From contig JAFGPX010000003.1 of NCBI GenBank assembly GCA_016935975.1, positions 15,455-79,454 of the forward strand: 64,000 nt of DNA, given 5' to 3'. A program made the translations under genes and the position numbers. Positions 15,464 to 24,811 of this stretch are shown here, piece by piece (positions within the stretch are counted from its first letter, which is position 1; every line of letters begins with the position of its first letter). The notes beneath the pieces are model-generated. The model worked only from the letters and a program-made list of their open reading frames with translations. It was not told the DNA's origin and did not search any database. The stretch comes from Deltaproteobacteria bacterium. GTDB taxonomy: Bacteria > Myxococcota_A > Polyangia > Fen-1088.

Positions 15464-18400
15464 CTACTGTCGGTACACCACCACCTCGATCGCCGCGAGC
15501 GGATCGGACCGTCCCGGCGCGCCCGCCGTGGCGCCGTCGCTGGCCCACGGCTGCCAGCCCGAGGCCGCCAGATGCGCGCGGTACTTCACGTGGTAGCCGG
15601 AGGGGGCGCCTTCCAGCGACACGGCGAAGGCCTCCAAGGCAAGAGACATGTCCGTGCTTCCGGCGATCGCGCCGTCGCAAACCAGGGGCAGCCAGCCGGC
15701 ATCGCGGGCATAGGCCTGGTAGCACAGGCGCGCTCCGGCCACCGGGTTGGTCAGCTTGGCTTTGAACGCATCGGTGCGCAGAGACTTCCCGGTGCTCCCG
15801 GCGGGGGCCCCGTTTCTCGTCCACGGCAGCCAACCGGTTGTCTCCACATGCGCCGCGCAGGCGGCCCCCATGGCCGGGACTCCGCCGTCGTTGGGTTCGA
15901 CCCACAGCGCGGCCAGCGAGGCGTCATAGTTTTGCGTGGGCGTTTCTTCCTCGAACTTCACCGTCAGGACTCCGCTGTCCGTGAAGCCGCCGAGGCCGGT
16001 GACCGGCAACGTGTAGAAATAGCTGCCCGCGCTTCTGGTCGCGATGGTCATGTGGGTGACGAAGACGTCGTTGAGGTAGACGTTGTAGTCGCGCACCATC
16101 GGCTCCAGGCTGGTTTCCTGCACTCGCAGCGCGAGCGAATCCACCCCCGGCGGCACGGCGAGGTCATAGGAGAACCACGAGCCGTCGGCGCCGTATCCGT
16201 ACCGCCGCGTGTAGCCGGACTCGACGCCGAGGCCGCTTCTCGGGTCGCTCCGCACGTTGTGAGCGATCTCGCTTACCGCATCGCCCGCGTCGACGTAGTC
16301 GTAGGCAGCGGCCGCGTCGCGGCTGTCGTAGATCTCCACTTCGGCGAGCCGCAGGCGATGACAGGCCGGCTCCTGCGCCGCCGGCTTGCCGAGCCGGCTG
16401 GCGGAGACCCGCACGAAGCGGCCGATGCGCGCGCCGCCGAGGTCGTAGGTCTGGGGAGCGCCGTCGGGATTGACTTCGCCGGACACGGCGCGCACCGTGG
16501 CGCCGCTGCCGTCGTCGGCTCTGACTTCGATGGTGAAGTCCTCGGGATAGCCCGGGTTGCCGCCGCCGACCGCGACGGCATCCGTCGCGGGATAGAGGCG
16601 GATCTTGTCGAAGGACGTGTTGGCCCCCAGGTCGATCTCGATCCATTCGCTGGCGGTAGGAGCGGAGTGACAAGGAGCGCTCGCGTAGCCGCTCGCGCCC
16701 GGCATGCCGATCTGCCGGCCGTCCACCAGGTCGGCCTTTGCCCAGCCTTCACCCTCCTGGCTGCTGCTCGCGCCGACGTTCTTCGCGAACGCCAGGTTGG
16801 GCGCCAGGCTGGCGGCGTAGTCCAGGCCGCCCGAGTGGGCGAATCGGATGTAGCGGCCGTCCTGGCCCTGGTAGCTGCTGCCGCGGGCGACGCCGTCTTG
16901 CCAGAGCACCGAGCTGCCGCCGGTGATGCTCTTGACCACCATCCCGGTGAAGACTTCTTCGGGGATCCCGACCACCCCGGTGACGTCGGGCGGAGACGCC
17001 ACGGACAGCAGGTACTGCCGGTCGTTCTTCGACATCGCGACGCCGATGTTGCCCTTGCCGGTAGGCACCTCTGCGACGAACGAGGCGAGAGAGCCTTCTT
17101 GGGGGAACACGCGAAAGCTGGCGTAGCCCGGAGACTCCGGCGCCACCCCGGCCACGTATTGGGAGAGCAGGGTCAAGGGTCCGCCCGCCCAACCATGGTT
17201 GTAGGTGCGGTACACGCCCTCGGTGAGCGACCAGATCTCCCAGAGCGTGGAGAGCGAGGAAGCCTCGACCATGTCGGCATACCGGGCGCGCATGCGATTG
17301 AGCGCGTCCTGCGGGTAGCCCATGAGAAAGAGCGCCTCGAGCACGTACTTCTCCATGTACGGGCTGGCGTTGCGGTGGTGCTGCAGCACCGTGCGGATCT
17401 CCGGCCACTTCGCGGCGCCCGCCAGGCCGCTCACCACCGCCAAGGCGTTGGCGCGGTCGTCGGTGTCGTCCGTGTAGCCGGGCGAGCGGTACGCGCTGCC
17501 GTTCCACAGCACGCGATCGAAGTTGCTCTCCAGGCTGGCCTTCGCGGCGGCGTACGCCTGGGCATCCGCGCTGTTGCCGGTCAGGTTGGCCATGTCGATC
17601 GCCGCGCGCAGCGCCAGGTAGTACCAGGCGTTGTCCAGAACCCGGGCGTCGATGGCCCCACCCCAGTCCTGCCAGTCGAAGTTGACCCTGCGATGGGCGA
17701 CGAGCCCGTCCCCGTCCAGGCTCCACAGCGACAGGTAGTCCCGGACGTGCGGATAGGCGGAGGCGATGGCCGCGGCATCGCCGGTATGGAGATAGTAGTT
17801 CCAGAAGCCGTACCAGCCGATGCTGGCGAGCATCTGCACGGGGATCTCGGAGGACAGGGAGTTGTTCTCGGACGGAACCGGAGCGAACAGGATCTTGTCG
17901 GCGCCCTGCCACTCGACGAGCTCGCCGATGGCTTTTCTGGTCAGGGCGTGCGCCCTGGCGTCCAGGGCGTAGAAGGCCTGCCCCGACTCGTTGACCACGT
18001 CCCCCCACCATTGCGCCCGCTCGCGATCGGGACAATCCATGTAGTTGTCGCGCATGTTGACGTAGAGGGTCCGTTTTGCCTTCTCCCAGAGTGCGTCGTA
18101 GAAGCCGTCGGAGCAGGAGAAAGCGCCGGCGAAGCTCGCGTCGTAGCCCGTTTCCCGATACTGCAGGGCCACGATCTCGACTCCCTTGGGTATCGTGTAG
18201 TGGATCTCGTGCCCGTTCATCCAGGCCAGGGACTCGAACTCCTGGGTTCCTGGCTTGGTGACATAGGTGGCGTTCAGGTTGTAGGTGCCATCCGGGAAGG
18301 CGTGGTTATCGGTTCGTATGACGATGGTCTGTCCCGCTTCCAAAGTGGAGTCGGTCACCTTCAGATACGGCGTGACCTGCGCGTTGTAGGGCAGCGTCGC

Positions 18401-19351
18401 CACCACCGTGCCGCCGTCGCCGCTTTGGGGGAAGCCCGAAGCGTTGGTGTAGCTTCGTAGCCCGGAGTCCTTCCACCGGGGGATCGGTCGCCGCCGTAGC
18501 TGGTTCCAGGGAGCCACCGGAGGCGTGCCTTTCTCGCTGGCCGCGCTCCAAGTGGAATCGTCGTAGCCGCTCTGGTTCCACCCGGCGATGGTGTCGTTCC
18601 TGGCGTCGAAGCGCACCGGTGTCTCGGGCAAGCGCGGGTTGGGATCAGGGGTCACGAGCCCGGGCAGGTAGCCCGGGTGCACCTTGAGTCTCCAGGTCGC
18701 ATCGCTGGCCAGCACGTCGCCCGCCTCGAAGAGCAAGCCGCCCTTGCCGCTGCTTCTGTGGGAAGAGCCGCTCTTGCCAAAGTACCAGACCAAGAGAGCC
18801 ACCGTGTTGTCGCCGGCCGCCAGGAAGTCCTCGATCTCGACCTCGTCGTAGTAGCCGTCGTCGGGCGTCGGCCCGCGTTTGAGCCCGCCCTCGAACACGA
18901 CCAGATGCCCGTTGATCCACAGCCAGTACTTGGAATCGGCCGCGATGTTGGCGATCAGCGAGGTGGGGACGCTCGCCAGGGTGAAGGTCTTGCGGAAGCA
19001 CATCCAGGTGTTGGCCGGGCCGTCGTCGGCCTGCCAGATCCACTTGGCGGCCCAGGTGCGGGTGGCGGGGCGGGCTTCGACCGGCGCACTATCGGCGGCC
19101 AAGGGGCCGTCACGAGACTGGTCCGGTCCGGCTTCGCTCGGCCCAGCGTCGGTGGCCGAGGGGCCGTCGCGAGACTGGTCCGGGCCAAGTTCGACCGGCC
19201 CAGCGTCGGTGGCCGAGGGGCCGTCAAGCGACTGGCCCGCATCAATTGGATCAATCCTCCGGCTTTCGGAGCAGTCGGCGAGAAGCAGCCAGAGCAACGT
19301 GGCCGCGCCCCAGCGACCTCGCACGCCGCCGCTACGCCGACCTGCGTTCAT
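15464..19351 (-). CDS. Secreted alpha-L-rhamnosidase (GH78) with discoidin (F5/8 type C) domain and three C-terminal ChW repeats
   Basis: The six-hairpin glycosidase region has the GH78 motif MDCPDRERAQWWGDV. EWIEIDLGANTSFDKIRLYP is F5/8-C-like. The C-terminus has three ChW-type repeats of about 45 aa (HVETTGWLPWTRNGAPAGSTGKSLRTDAFKAKL and two more). Start at MNAGRRSG, followed by a signal peptide. Confidence 0.8.
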   Translation of the reverse strand: MNAGRRSGGVRGRWGAATLLWLLLADCSESRRIDPIDAGQSLDGPSATDAGPVELGPDQSRDGPSATDAGPSEAGPDQSRDGPLAADSAPVEARPATRTWAAKWIWQADDGPANTWMCFRKTFTLASVPTSLIANIAADSKYWLWINGHLVVFEGGLKRGPTPDDGYYDEVEIEDFLAAGDNTVALLVWYFGKSGSSHRSSGKGGLLFEAGDVLASDATWRLKVHPGYLPGLVTPDPNPRLPETPVRFDARNDTIAGWNQSGYDDSTWSAASEKGTPPVAPWNQLRRRPIPRWKDSGLRSYTNASGFPQSGDGGTVVATLPYNAQVTPYLKVTDSTLEAGQTIVIRTDNHAFPDGTYNLNATYVTKPGTQEFESLAWMNGHEIHYTIPKGVEIVALQYRETGYDASFAGAFSCSDGFYDALWEKAKRTLYVNMRDNYMDCPDRERAQWWGDVVNESGQAFYALDARAHALTRKAIGELVEWQGADKILFAPVPSENNSLSSEIPVQMLASIGWYGFWNYYLHTGDAAAIASAYPHVRDYLSLWSLDGDGLVAHRRVNFDWQDWGGAIDARVLDNAWYYLALRAAIDMANLTGNSADAQAYAAAKASLESNFDRVLWNGSAYRSPGYTDDTDDRANALAVVSGLAGAAKWPEIRTVLQHHRNASPYMEKYVLEALFLMGYPQDALNRMRARYADMVEASSLSTLWEIWSLTEGVYRTYNHGWAGGPLTLLSQYVAGVAPESPGYASFRVFPQEGSLASFVAEVPTGKGNIGVAMSKNDRQYLLSVASPPDVTGVVGIPEEVFTGMVVKSITGGSSVLWQDGVARGSSYQGQDGRYIRFAHSGGLDYAASLAPNLAFAKNVGASSSQEGEGWAKADLVDGRQIGMPGASGYASAPCHSAPTASEWIEIDLGANTSFDKIRLYPATDAVAVGGGNPGYPEDFTIEVRADDGSGATVRAVSGEVNPDGAPQTYDLGGARIGRFVRVSASRLGKPAAQEPACHRLRLAEVEIYDSRDAAAAYDYVDAGDAVSEIAHNVRSDPRSGLGVESGYTRRYGYGADGSWFSYDLAVPPGVDSLALRVQETSLEPMVRDYNVYLNDVFVTHMTIATRSAGSYFYTLPVTGLGGFTDSGVLTVKFEEETPTQNYDASLAALWVEPNDGGVPAMGAACAAHVETTGWLPWTRNGAPAGSTGKSLRTDAFKAKLTNPVAGARLCYQAYARDAGWLPLVCDGAIAGSTDMSLALEAFAVSLEGAPSGYHVKYRAHLAASGWQPWASDGATAGAPGRSDPLAAIEVVVYRQ
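19099..19245. repeat. Tandem repeat, about 57 bp x 2.5, in the N-terminal linker of the GH78 gene (encodes DGPSATDAGP(S/V)E(A/L)GPDQSR)
   Basis: Near-identical 57-nt units are visible at 19099-19155, 19156-19212 and a partial third copy. Confidence 0.6.
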
Positions 19352-19664
19352 CGCGGATTTCGCGCCTCCCGAGGAACTCGATTCACCAGCAGGGTGCGTG
19401 ACGAGATCCACGGCGACCGCGCAGCGGGCGCACCGAGAGGGGCGGGGGGCCCGACAGGCTCTGCTCGGCGGGGATGGGGAGGCTGGCCCCCCCGCCGTTT
19501 CGCGGAACGCGAAACCCAGGTTCATGGGACCCATCTACAACGAAAGGTGACGGCCCTGCCAGCCCGGCGTCGGTTTGCCGCAGCCGGTGACGACGGGGTT
19601 CTGCCGGGACTATTCTCGCTTCAAGCTGGCTTTTTCTTCCGGGATCGGGCAAATAGTGGCAGCC

Positions 19665-20885
19665 ATGAGCACCCCACGCGAACGCTACGATGCCCTGCGC
19701 GCCCTCGGCCTCAAGCTGGATCTGACCCGCGGCCAACCCGGCGACGATAATTTCGACCTGTCGAACGCCATGCTGACCATCGTGGACGACAAGACTCTCG
19801 TCACTCCGAGCGGCGTGGCCCTGCGCAACTACCCCGGCGGCGTCGCCGGTCTCAAGGAAGCGCGCGAGCTGTTCGCGCCCATGCTGGGCGTGGCGCCGGA
19901 CGAGATCATCGTGGGCAACAACGCCAGCCTGGAGTTGGAGGGCAAGGCGCTCATGTGGGCCATGCTGCGCGGCCTGCCCAAGAGCCCGGCGCCGTGGTGC
20001 AAGGGCGAGGTCAAGTTCATCGTCACCGTGCCCGGCTACGACCGCCACTTCCTCATGCTGGAGAAGCTAGGCATCGGTCAGATCCCGGTGGCCATGAAGG
20101 CGGACGGCCCGGACATCGCGGCCATCGAGAAGCTCGTGGCGGGCGACGCCAGCATCAAGGGCCTGCTCTACGTCCCGACCCACAGCAACCCGACCGGCGA
20201 CACCACCTCGCAGGCCGTGGCCGATCGGCTGGGCGCGATGAAGACCGCGGCGCCCGACTTCACCATCTTCGCCGACGACGCGTACGCCGTGCACCACCTG
20301 GACGACACACCGCCGCCCCACCCGGATCTACTGGGCGCGTGCAAGAAGGCCGGCAACCCGACGCGCGTGATCCTTTTCGGCTCGACCTCGAAAATCACCT
20401 TCGCCGGCGCGGGCATGAGCTTCCTGGGCGGCAGCAAGGAGACCATCGCGTGGCTCGCCGGACTCATGGGCACGCAGATGATCACGCCCAACAAGATCGA
20501 GCAGTACCGACACGTGCTGTTCCTCGGCCGCTATCCCGGCGGCATCGCCGGCATCATGAAGGCGCACGCCAAGCTCTTGGCCCCCAAGTTCAACGCGGTC
20601 GACGAGATCCTCACGCGCGAGCTGGGAGGCAAGAACCTCGCCACGTGGACCAAGCCCAAGGGCGGTTACTTCGTCAGCCTGGACACCGCCAAGCCGGTGG
20701 CCAGCAAGGTCGTGCAGCTCGCCAAGGAGGCGGGCGTGGCGCTCACCCCGGCCGGCGCGACGTACCCCTTCGGCAAGGATCCCAACGACCGCAACATCCG
20801 CCTCTCGCCCACGCGCCCGCCCGTCGACCAGGTCCGCAAGGCCATGGAAGTGGTCGCGGTCTGCGTGCAGCTCGCTTCGGAATAG
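19665..20885 (+). CDS. PLP-dependent aminotransferase (class I/II fold)
   Basis: SKITFAGAGMSFLGG has the Lys in the position of the PLP-binding lysine. YVPTHSNPTGD matches the aminotransferase N-P-T-G motif. Start at the ATG for MSTPRERYDAL. Confidence 0.75.
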   Translation: MSTPRERYDALRALGLKLDLTRGQPGDDNFDLSNAMLTIVDDKTLVTPSGVALRNYPGGVAGLKEARELFAPMLGVAPDEIIVGNNASLELEGKALMWAMLRGLPKSPAPWCKGEVKFIVTVPGYDRHFLMLEKLGIGQIPVAMKADGPDIAAIEKLVAGDASIKGLLYVPTHSNPTGDTTSQAVADRLGAMKTAAPDFTIFADDAYAVHHLDDTPPPHPDLLGACKKAGNPTRVILFGSTSKITFAGAGMSFLGGSKETIAWLAGLMGTQMITPNKIEQYRHVLFLGRYPGGIAGIMKAHAKLLAPKFNAVDEILTRELGGKNLATWTKPKGGYFVSLDTAKPVASKVVQLAKEAGVALTPAGATYPFGKDPNDRNIRLSPTRPPVDQVRKAMEVVAVCVQLASE

Positions 20886-20888
20886 AGA

Positions 20889-21254
20889 CTAGGATCGCAG
20901 CGCCCGCAGCTCGCGCTGGGCCGATCGATACGCACCGATCGAGACCAAAACCAACGCGATGACGAGCAGGGCGCCGCCCAAGGTAGCCGGCCGCGTGCTT
21001 TCCATCAGCCCGGTCATCAGGGTTTGGGCAAAGGGCACCTGCGGCGTCTGCTGCAGGTAGTGGAACACGGCCGCGATGCAGGTCCAGGTTGCGTGCACCA
21101 TGGTCACGACCAGCGCCAGGGCGATGGCGGTGATGAAGCGCAGGCGCAGCGGCTCGGTGTCGATGGCGTAACGGGCTGCCGCCCACACCAACATCAGTCC
21201 CATGACCAGGACCGGGTACATGCCCCAGCCCCCCTCGATGAAGAAACGAACCAT
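20889..21254 (-). CDS. Small integral membrane protein (hypothetical)
   Basis: Start MVRFF with AGGAGGA Shine-Dalgarno 5 nt upstream. Three or four TM helices. Divergent from the ECF sigma gene. Confidence 0.5.
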   Translation of the reverse strand: MVRFFIEGGWGMYPVLVMGLMLVWAAARYAIDTEPLRLRFITAIALALVVTMVHATWTCIAAVFHYLQQTPQVPFAQTLMTGLMESTRPATLGGALLVIALVLVSIGAYRSAQRELRALRS

Positions 21255-21350
21255 GGTGTCCTCCTTCTGCAATGCCTAGACCCCGCTCGGGCGCACCCGT
21301 GACGGTGTTTTTTCGGTCACGGTCTTGTGGTTGGTGGGTTAATCCCGCGT

Positions 21351-21902
21351 GTGGAAAGCGATCGCGACCTGGTGCTCGCCCTGCGCGGCCGGAAGCCCGG
21401 CGCCTTCGACCAGGTCTACGCACGCCATGGCGAGCGCATCTGGCGCTTCCTCGCCCGCCTGGCCGGCGCGGGCGCCGAGGATCTCTTTCAGGAAACCTGG
21501 CTTGCGGCGGCCCGGCACGCCCACCGACTGCGCGAGGACACCCAGCTTCTGCCCTGGCTCTTCACCGTCGCGCGCAACAAGCACCGCAACAGCCTGCGCG
21601 CCTGGGTTCGCCAGTCGCGCTGCGGACAGGAGCTGCGCGCGCAGAACGTCGCGCTTCGCCCTCTGCCCGACGAGGAGGTCCACGCCCATCGCCAGGCCGA
21701 GCGAACGCAGGCTGCCCTGGCGCGCCTGTCGGAAGCCCATCGCGAGGTGCTGCTTCTGTGCGCGGTCGAAGGCCTCCAAACCGCGGAAGTCGCGCGTGCC
21801 CTGGCGTGCAGCGAAGAGGTGGTCAGGAAGCGGCTATCGCGGGCCCGCCGTGAGCTGGCGCGGCTCGCGGGGCGTGACGACTTCCCCAGAGACGAGCCAT
21901 GA
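21351..21902 (+). CDS. RNA polymerase ECF-type sigma-70 factor
   Basis: Region 2 reads DLFQETWLAAARHAHRLRE...LPWLFTVARN. Region 4 reads HREVLLLCAVEGLQTAEVARALACSEEVVRKRLSRARRELA. The start is uncertain: GTG at 21327 or 21351. Confidence 0.85.
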   Translation: MESDRDLVLALRGRKPGAFDQVYARHGERIWRFLARLAGAGAEDLFQETWLAAARHAHRLREDTQLLPWLFTVARNKHRNSLRAWVRQSRCGQELRAQNVALRPLPDEEVHAHRQAERTQAALARLSEAHREVLLLCAVEGLQTAEVARALACSEEVVRKRLSRARRELARLAGRDDFPRDEP

Positions 21903-22144
21903 AGGATGAAAACGAAATCGTCGAGCAGATGCTGACCGAGTTGCCCCTTGCTCCGCTGCCATCGTCGCTGCGCGAGCGCACGCTGGCCCGCGCCCACGGT
22001 CAGCTGGCACCGCCACCCGGGGCCGCACGCCCCTCGTTGGCTCGCGCGTTGCCGAGCTATGCCACCTCCGCCGTGCTGCTCTCCGCCGCCGTGGTCTTTG
22101 TCGCCGACACTGTCCCTAGAATAAGTAGAGTATTCGGCGGCTAG
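21899..22144 (+). CDS. Putative anti-sigma factor (small single-TM protein)
   Basis: The ATGA start overlaps the sigma stop. 81 aa with a C-terminal TM helix SAVLLSAAVVFVADTV. Confidence 0.5.
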   Translation: MKDENEIVEQMLTELPLAPLPSSLRERTLARAHGQLAPPPGAARPSLARALPSYATSAVLLSAAVVFVADTVPRISRVFGG

Positions 22145-22169
22145 GAGCACAGAGCTCGCCTCTGTGCTC
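22145..22169. terminator. Perfect 10-bp stem / 5-nt loop hairpin between convergent genes (bidirectional terminator candidate)
   Basis: gagcacagag-ctcgc-ctctgtgctc sits between the anti-sigma stop (22144) and the cysK stop (22192). Confidence 0.5.
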
Positions 22170-22191
22170 TCACCTCACCCACTCCGCGCTC

Positions 22192-23139
<948 letters not shown>

Positions 23140-23479
23140 GAGCATCTCCTATAAAACCGATAGGGAATATGTAATATGATCGCGACCAGGTCAACTCGGA
23201 GATCGGGGCAGATCTAGCGCGCAAGCTGGCACATGGGCCGGGCCTTGGCGCGAGGGCGCCGGCTCGCTCGAAGCTGGTGATCGCTTCATCAATCCTGTCG
23301 CTTTCGAGCAGTGCCGCAGAAGTCGCCGGCCGACAGGAAGGCGGGGGCTTTGGTGACGGCCCGAGCGTCGTCCCAGACGAAGCCGGCGCCCAGCGCCGGC
23401 GCGTACACGAGAAAGGCCAGCCCACGCCTTCACGAAGCAGTAGTCAAGCCGGTCTCTCGTCGGGCAGACTAGCGGTGTC

Positions 23480-24811
23480 GTGCGCACGGCGGTCTTTGCC
23501 TCGCTGCTGCTCCTGTCGTTCGCGGCGGATGCCGTCGCCGGTGACAAGCCGCCGTGGCGCGCGCGCCGGCGGCGCACGGACGAGGGACTGCTGCGTCCGG
23601 GCCTACACCAACTCAAGGATCCGAAGCGCTGGCCGGCCGAGCCCGAGTCCCCGCCGGCACCCGTCGACGAGGCGCGTTTTCGCAAGGCACTGGTGGGCAT
23701 GTGCGAGGGCATGGCGAGCGCCAAGCTGCTCCGCCGCATCGCCGCCGAGGTCCTTCTGGCCGCGGCCGAGGCGGAGGTGGATCCGTTTCTGCTCGGCGCG
23801 TTGGTCTACCGCCAAAGCCGCTGCGTGCCGACCTTGGAGACGGGGTTCGGGGTGGGGCTTCTGCAGATCCAGGCGCGCATGCTGGCGGACAACGCGCGCG
23901 GCAGCAACCTGCGCTACCTGGTGCGCGAGGGCGACGCGTGGCAGGAGCGCCGTCGGCCCATTCCCCCCGGCGCGCTCCGGCGCCTGAAGAACTCCCTGAT
24001 CAACCTGCGCTTGGGCGCGGCCGTGCTCGCCATGTGGCAGGACCAGCACCCCGCTATCGACGAGGTGTTCCCGGGTTCGGTTCCCCATCGCAGCGCGGTC
24101 GCGCACTTCGGTTGGGGCGACATCGTGCGTGGCACGGGAGGCGAGGATCGCGCGCTCCTCGCGCGTCGTCGACTCATCAATCGCTACCTCGACACGAAGA
24201 TAGAGCCGCGCCAGACCGACCTGGGCTTTGCCGTGGTGTCTCCGCTCGAGGGCATTCCGCGACTGGCCACGAGCGGCCTCGGGGATGACCGCGAGGAGGG
24301 CGCGCGGGCCCACCGCGGCCTGGATATCGACGCCACCTGGGGCGAGCCGGTGGCGAGCCTGGCCGACGGGGTCGTGTCGTTTGCCGGTTTCGACCTGCCG
24401 GGCCGGGCACCGCCGCAACCCTTGCCGGCCGCGGAGCTGGCCACGACCGAGCGCCCACCGCTCGGCCCGGGGGGCCTGTTCGTGTGCGTCCGGCACGCGC
24501 CGCGCATCGTCTCGTGCTACATGCACTTGCAGAGCTATCGCGTGACCGTCAACGATCGCGTGCAGGCCGGACAGATCATCGGCAACGTCGGGCGCACCGG
24601 GGCGAAGGTGTCGGGCGCGCACTTGCACCTCGAAATCCACCGCGACGGCGCCGCCATCGATCCGGTGCCGGTGCTGGGCCCCGATTTCGTCATCCCGCCG
24701 CAGGAAACCTTGGCCCACGACTTCGCCATGGCCAGCAAGAAGCTGCGCTTGCGCAGAGAGCGCCGCGCGCGATGGAAGGCGCACCTGGCCGAGAAGGCGG
24801 CCGGGAAGTAG
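23480..24811 (+). CDS. Secreted peptidoglycan hydrolase: lytic-transglycosylase-like domain + M23 peptidase domain
   Basis: Signal peptide MRTAVFASLLLLSFAADAVAG. Mid-region LGALVYRQSRCVP...GVGLLQIQ is SLT-like. C-terminal M23 motifs HRGLDI and GAHLHLEIH. Confidence 0.75.
   Translation: MRTAVFASLLLLSFAADAVAGDKPPWRARRRRTDEGLLRPGLHQLKDPKRWPAEPESPPAPVDEARFRKALVGMCEGMASAKLLRRIAAEVLLAAAEAEVDPFLLGALVYRQSRCVPTLETGFGVGLLQIQARMLADNARGSNLRYLVREGDAWQERRRPIPPGALRRLKNSLINLRLGAAVLAMWQDQHPAIDEVFPGSVPHRSAVAHFGWGDIVRGTGGEDRALLARRRLINRYLDTKIEPRQTDLGFAVVSPLEGIPRLATSGLGDDREEGARAHRGLDIDATWGEPVASLADGVVSFAGFDLPGRAPPQPLPAAELATTERPPLGPGGLFVCVRHAPRIVSCYMHLQSYRVTVNDRVQAGQIIGNVGRTGAKVSGAHLHLEIHRDGAAIDPVPVLGPDFVIPPQETLAHDFAMASKKLRLRRERRARWKAHLAEKAAGK

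Noticed and set aside
15572-18460. ORF 15572..18460(+) of 962 aa
   Set aside because: Antisense to the well-supported GH78 gene. Composition is R/A/G/V-rich noise.
19321-19380. Apparent 59-nt line in the displayed sequence, making the GH78 start ambiguous by 1 nt
   Set aside because: Formatting irregularity, not biology. The start coordinate 19351 was derived from ORF-frame arithmetic.
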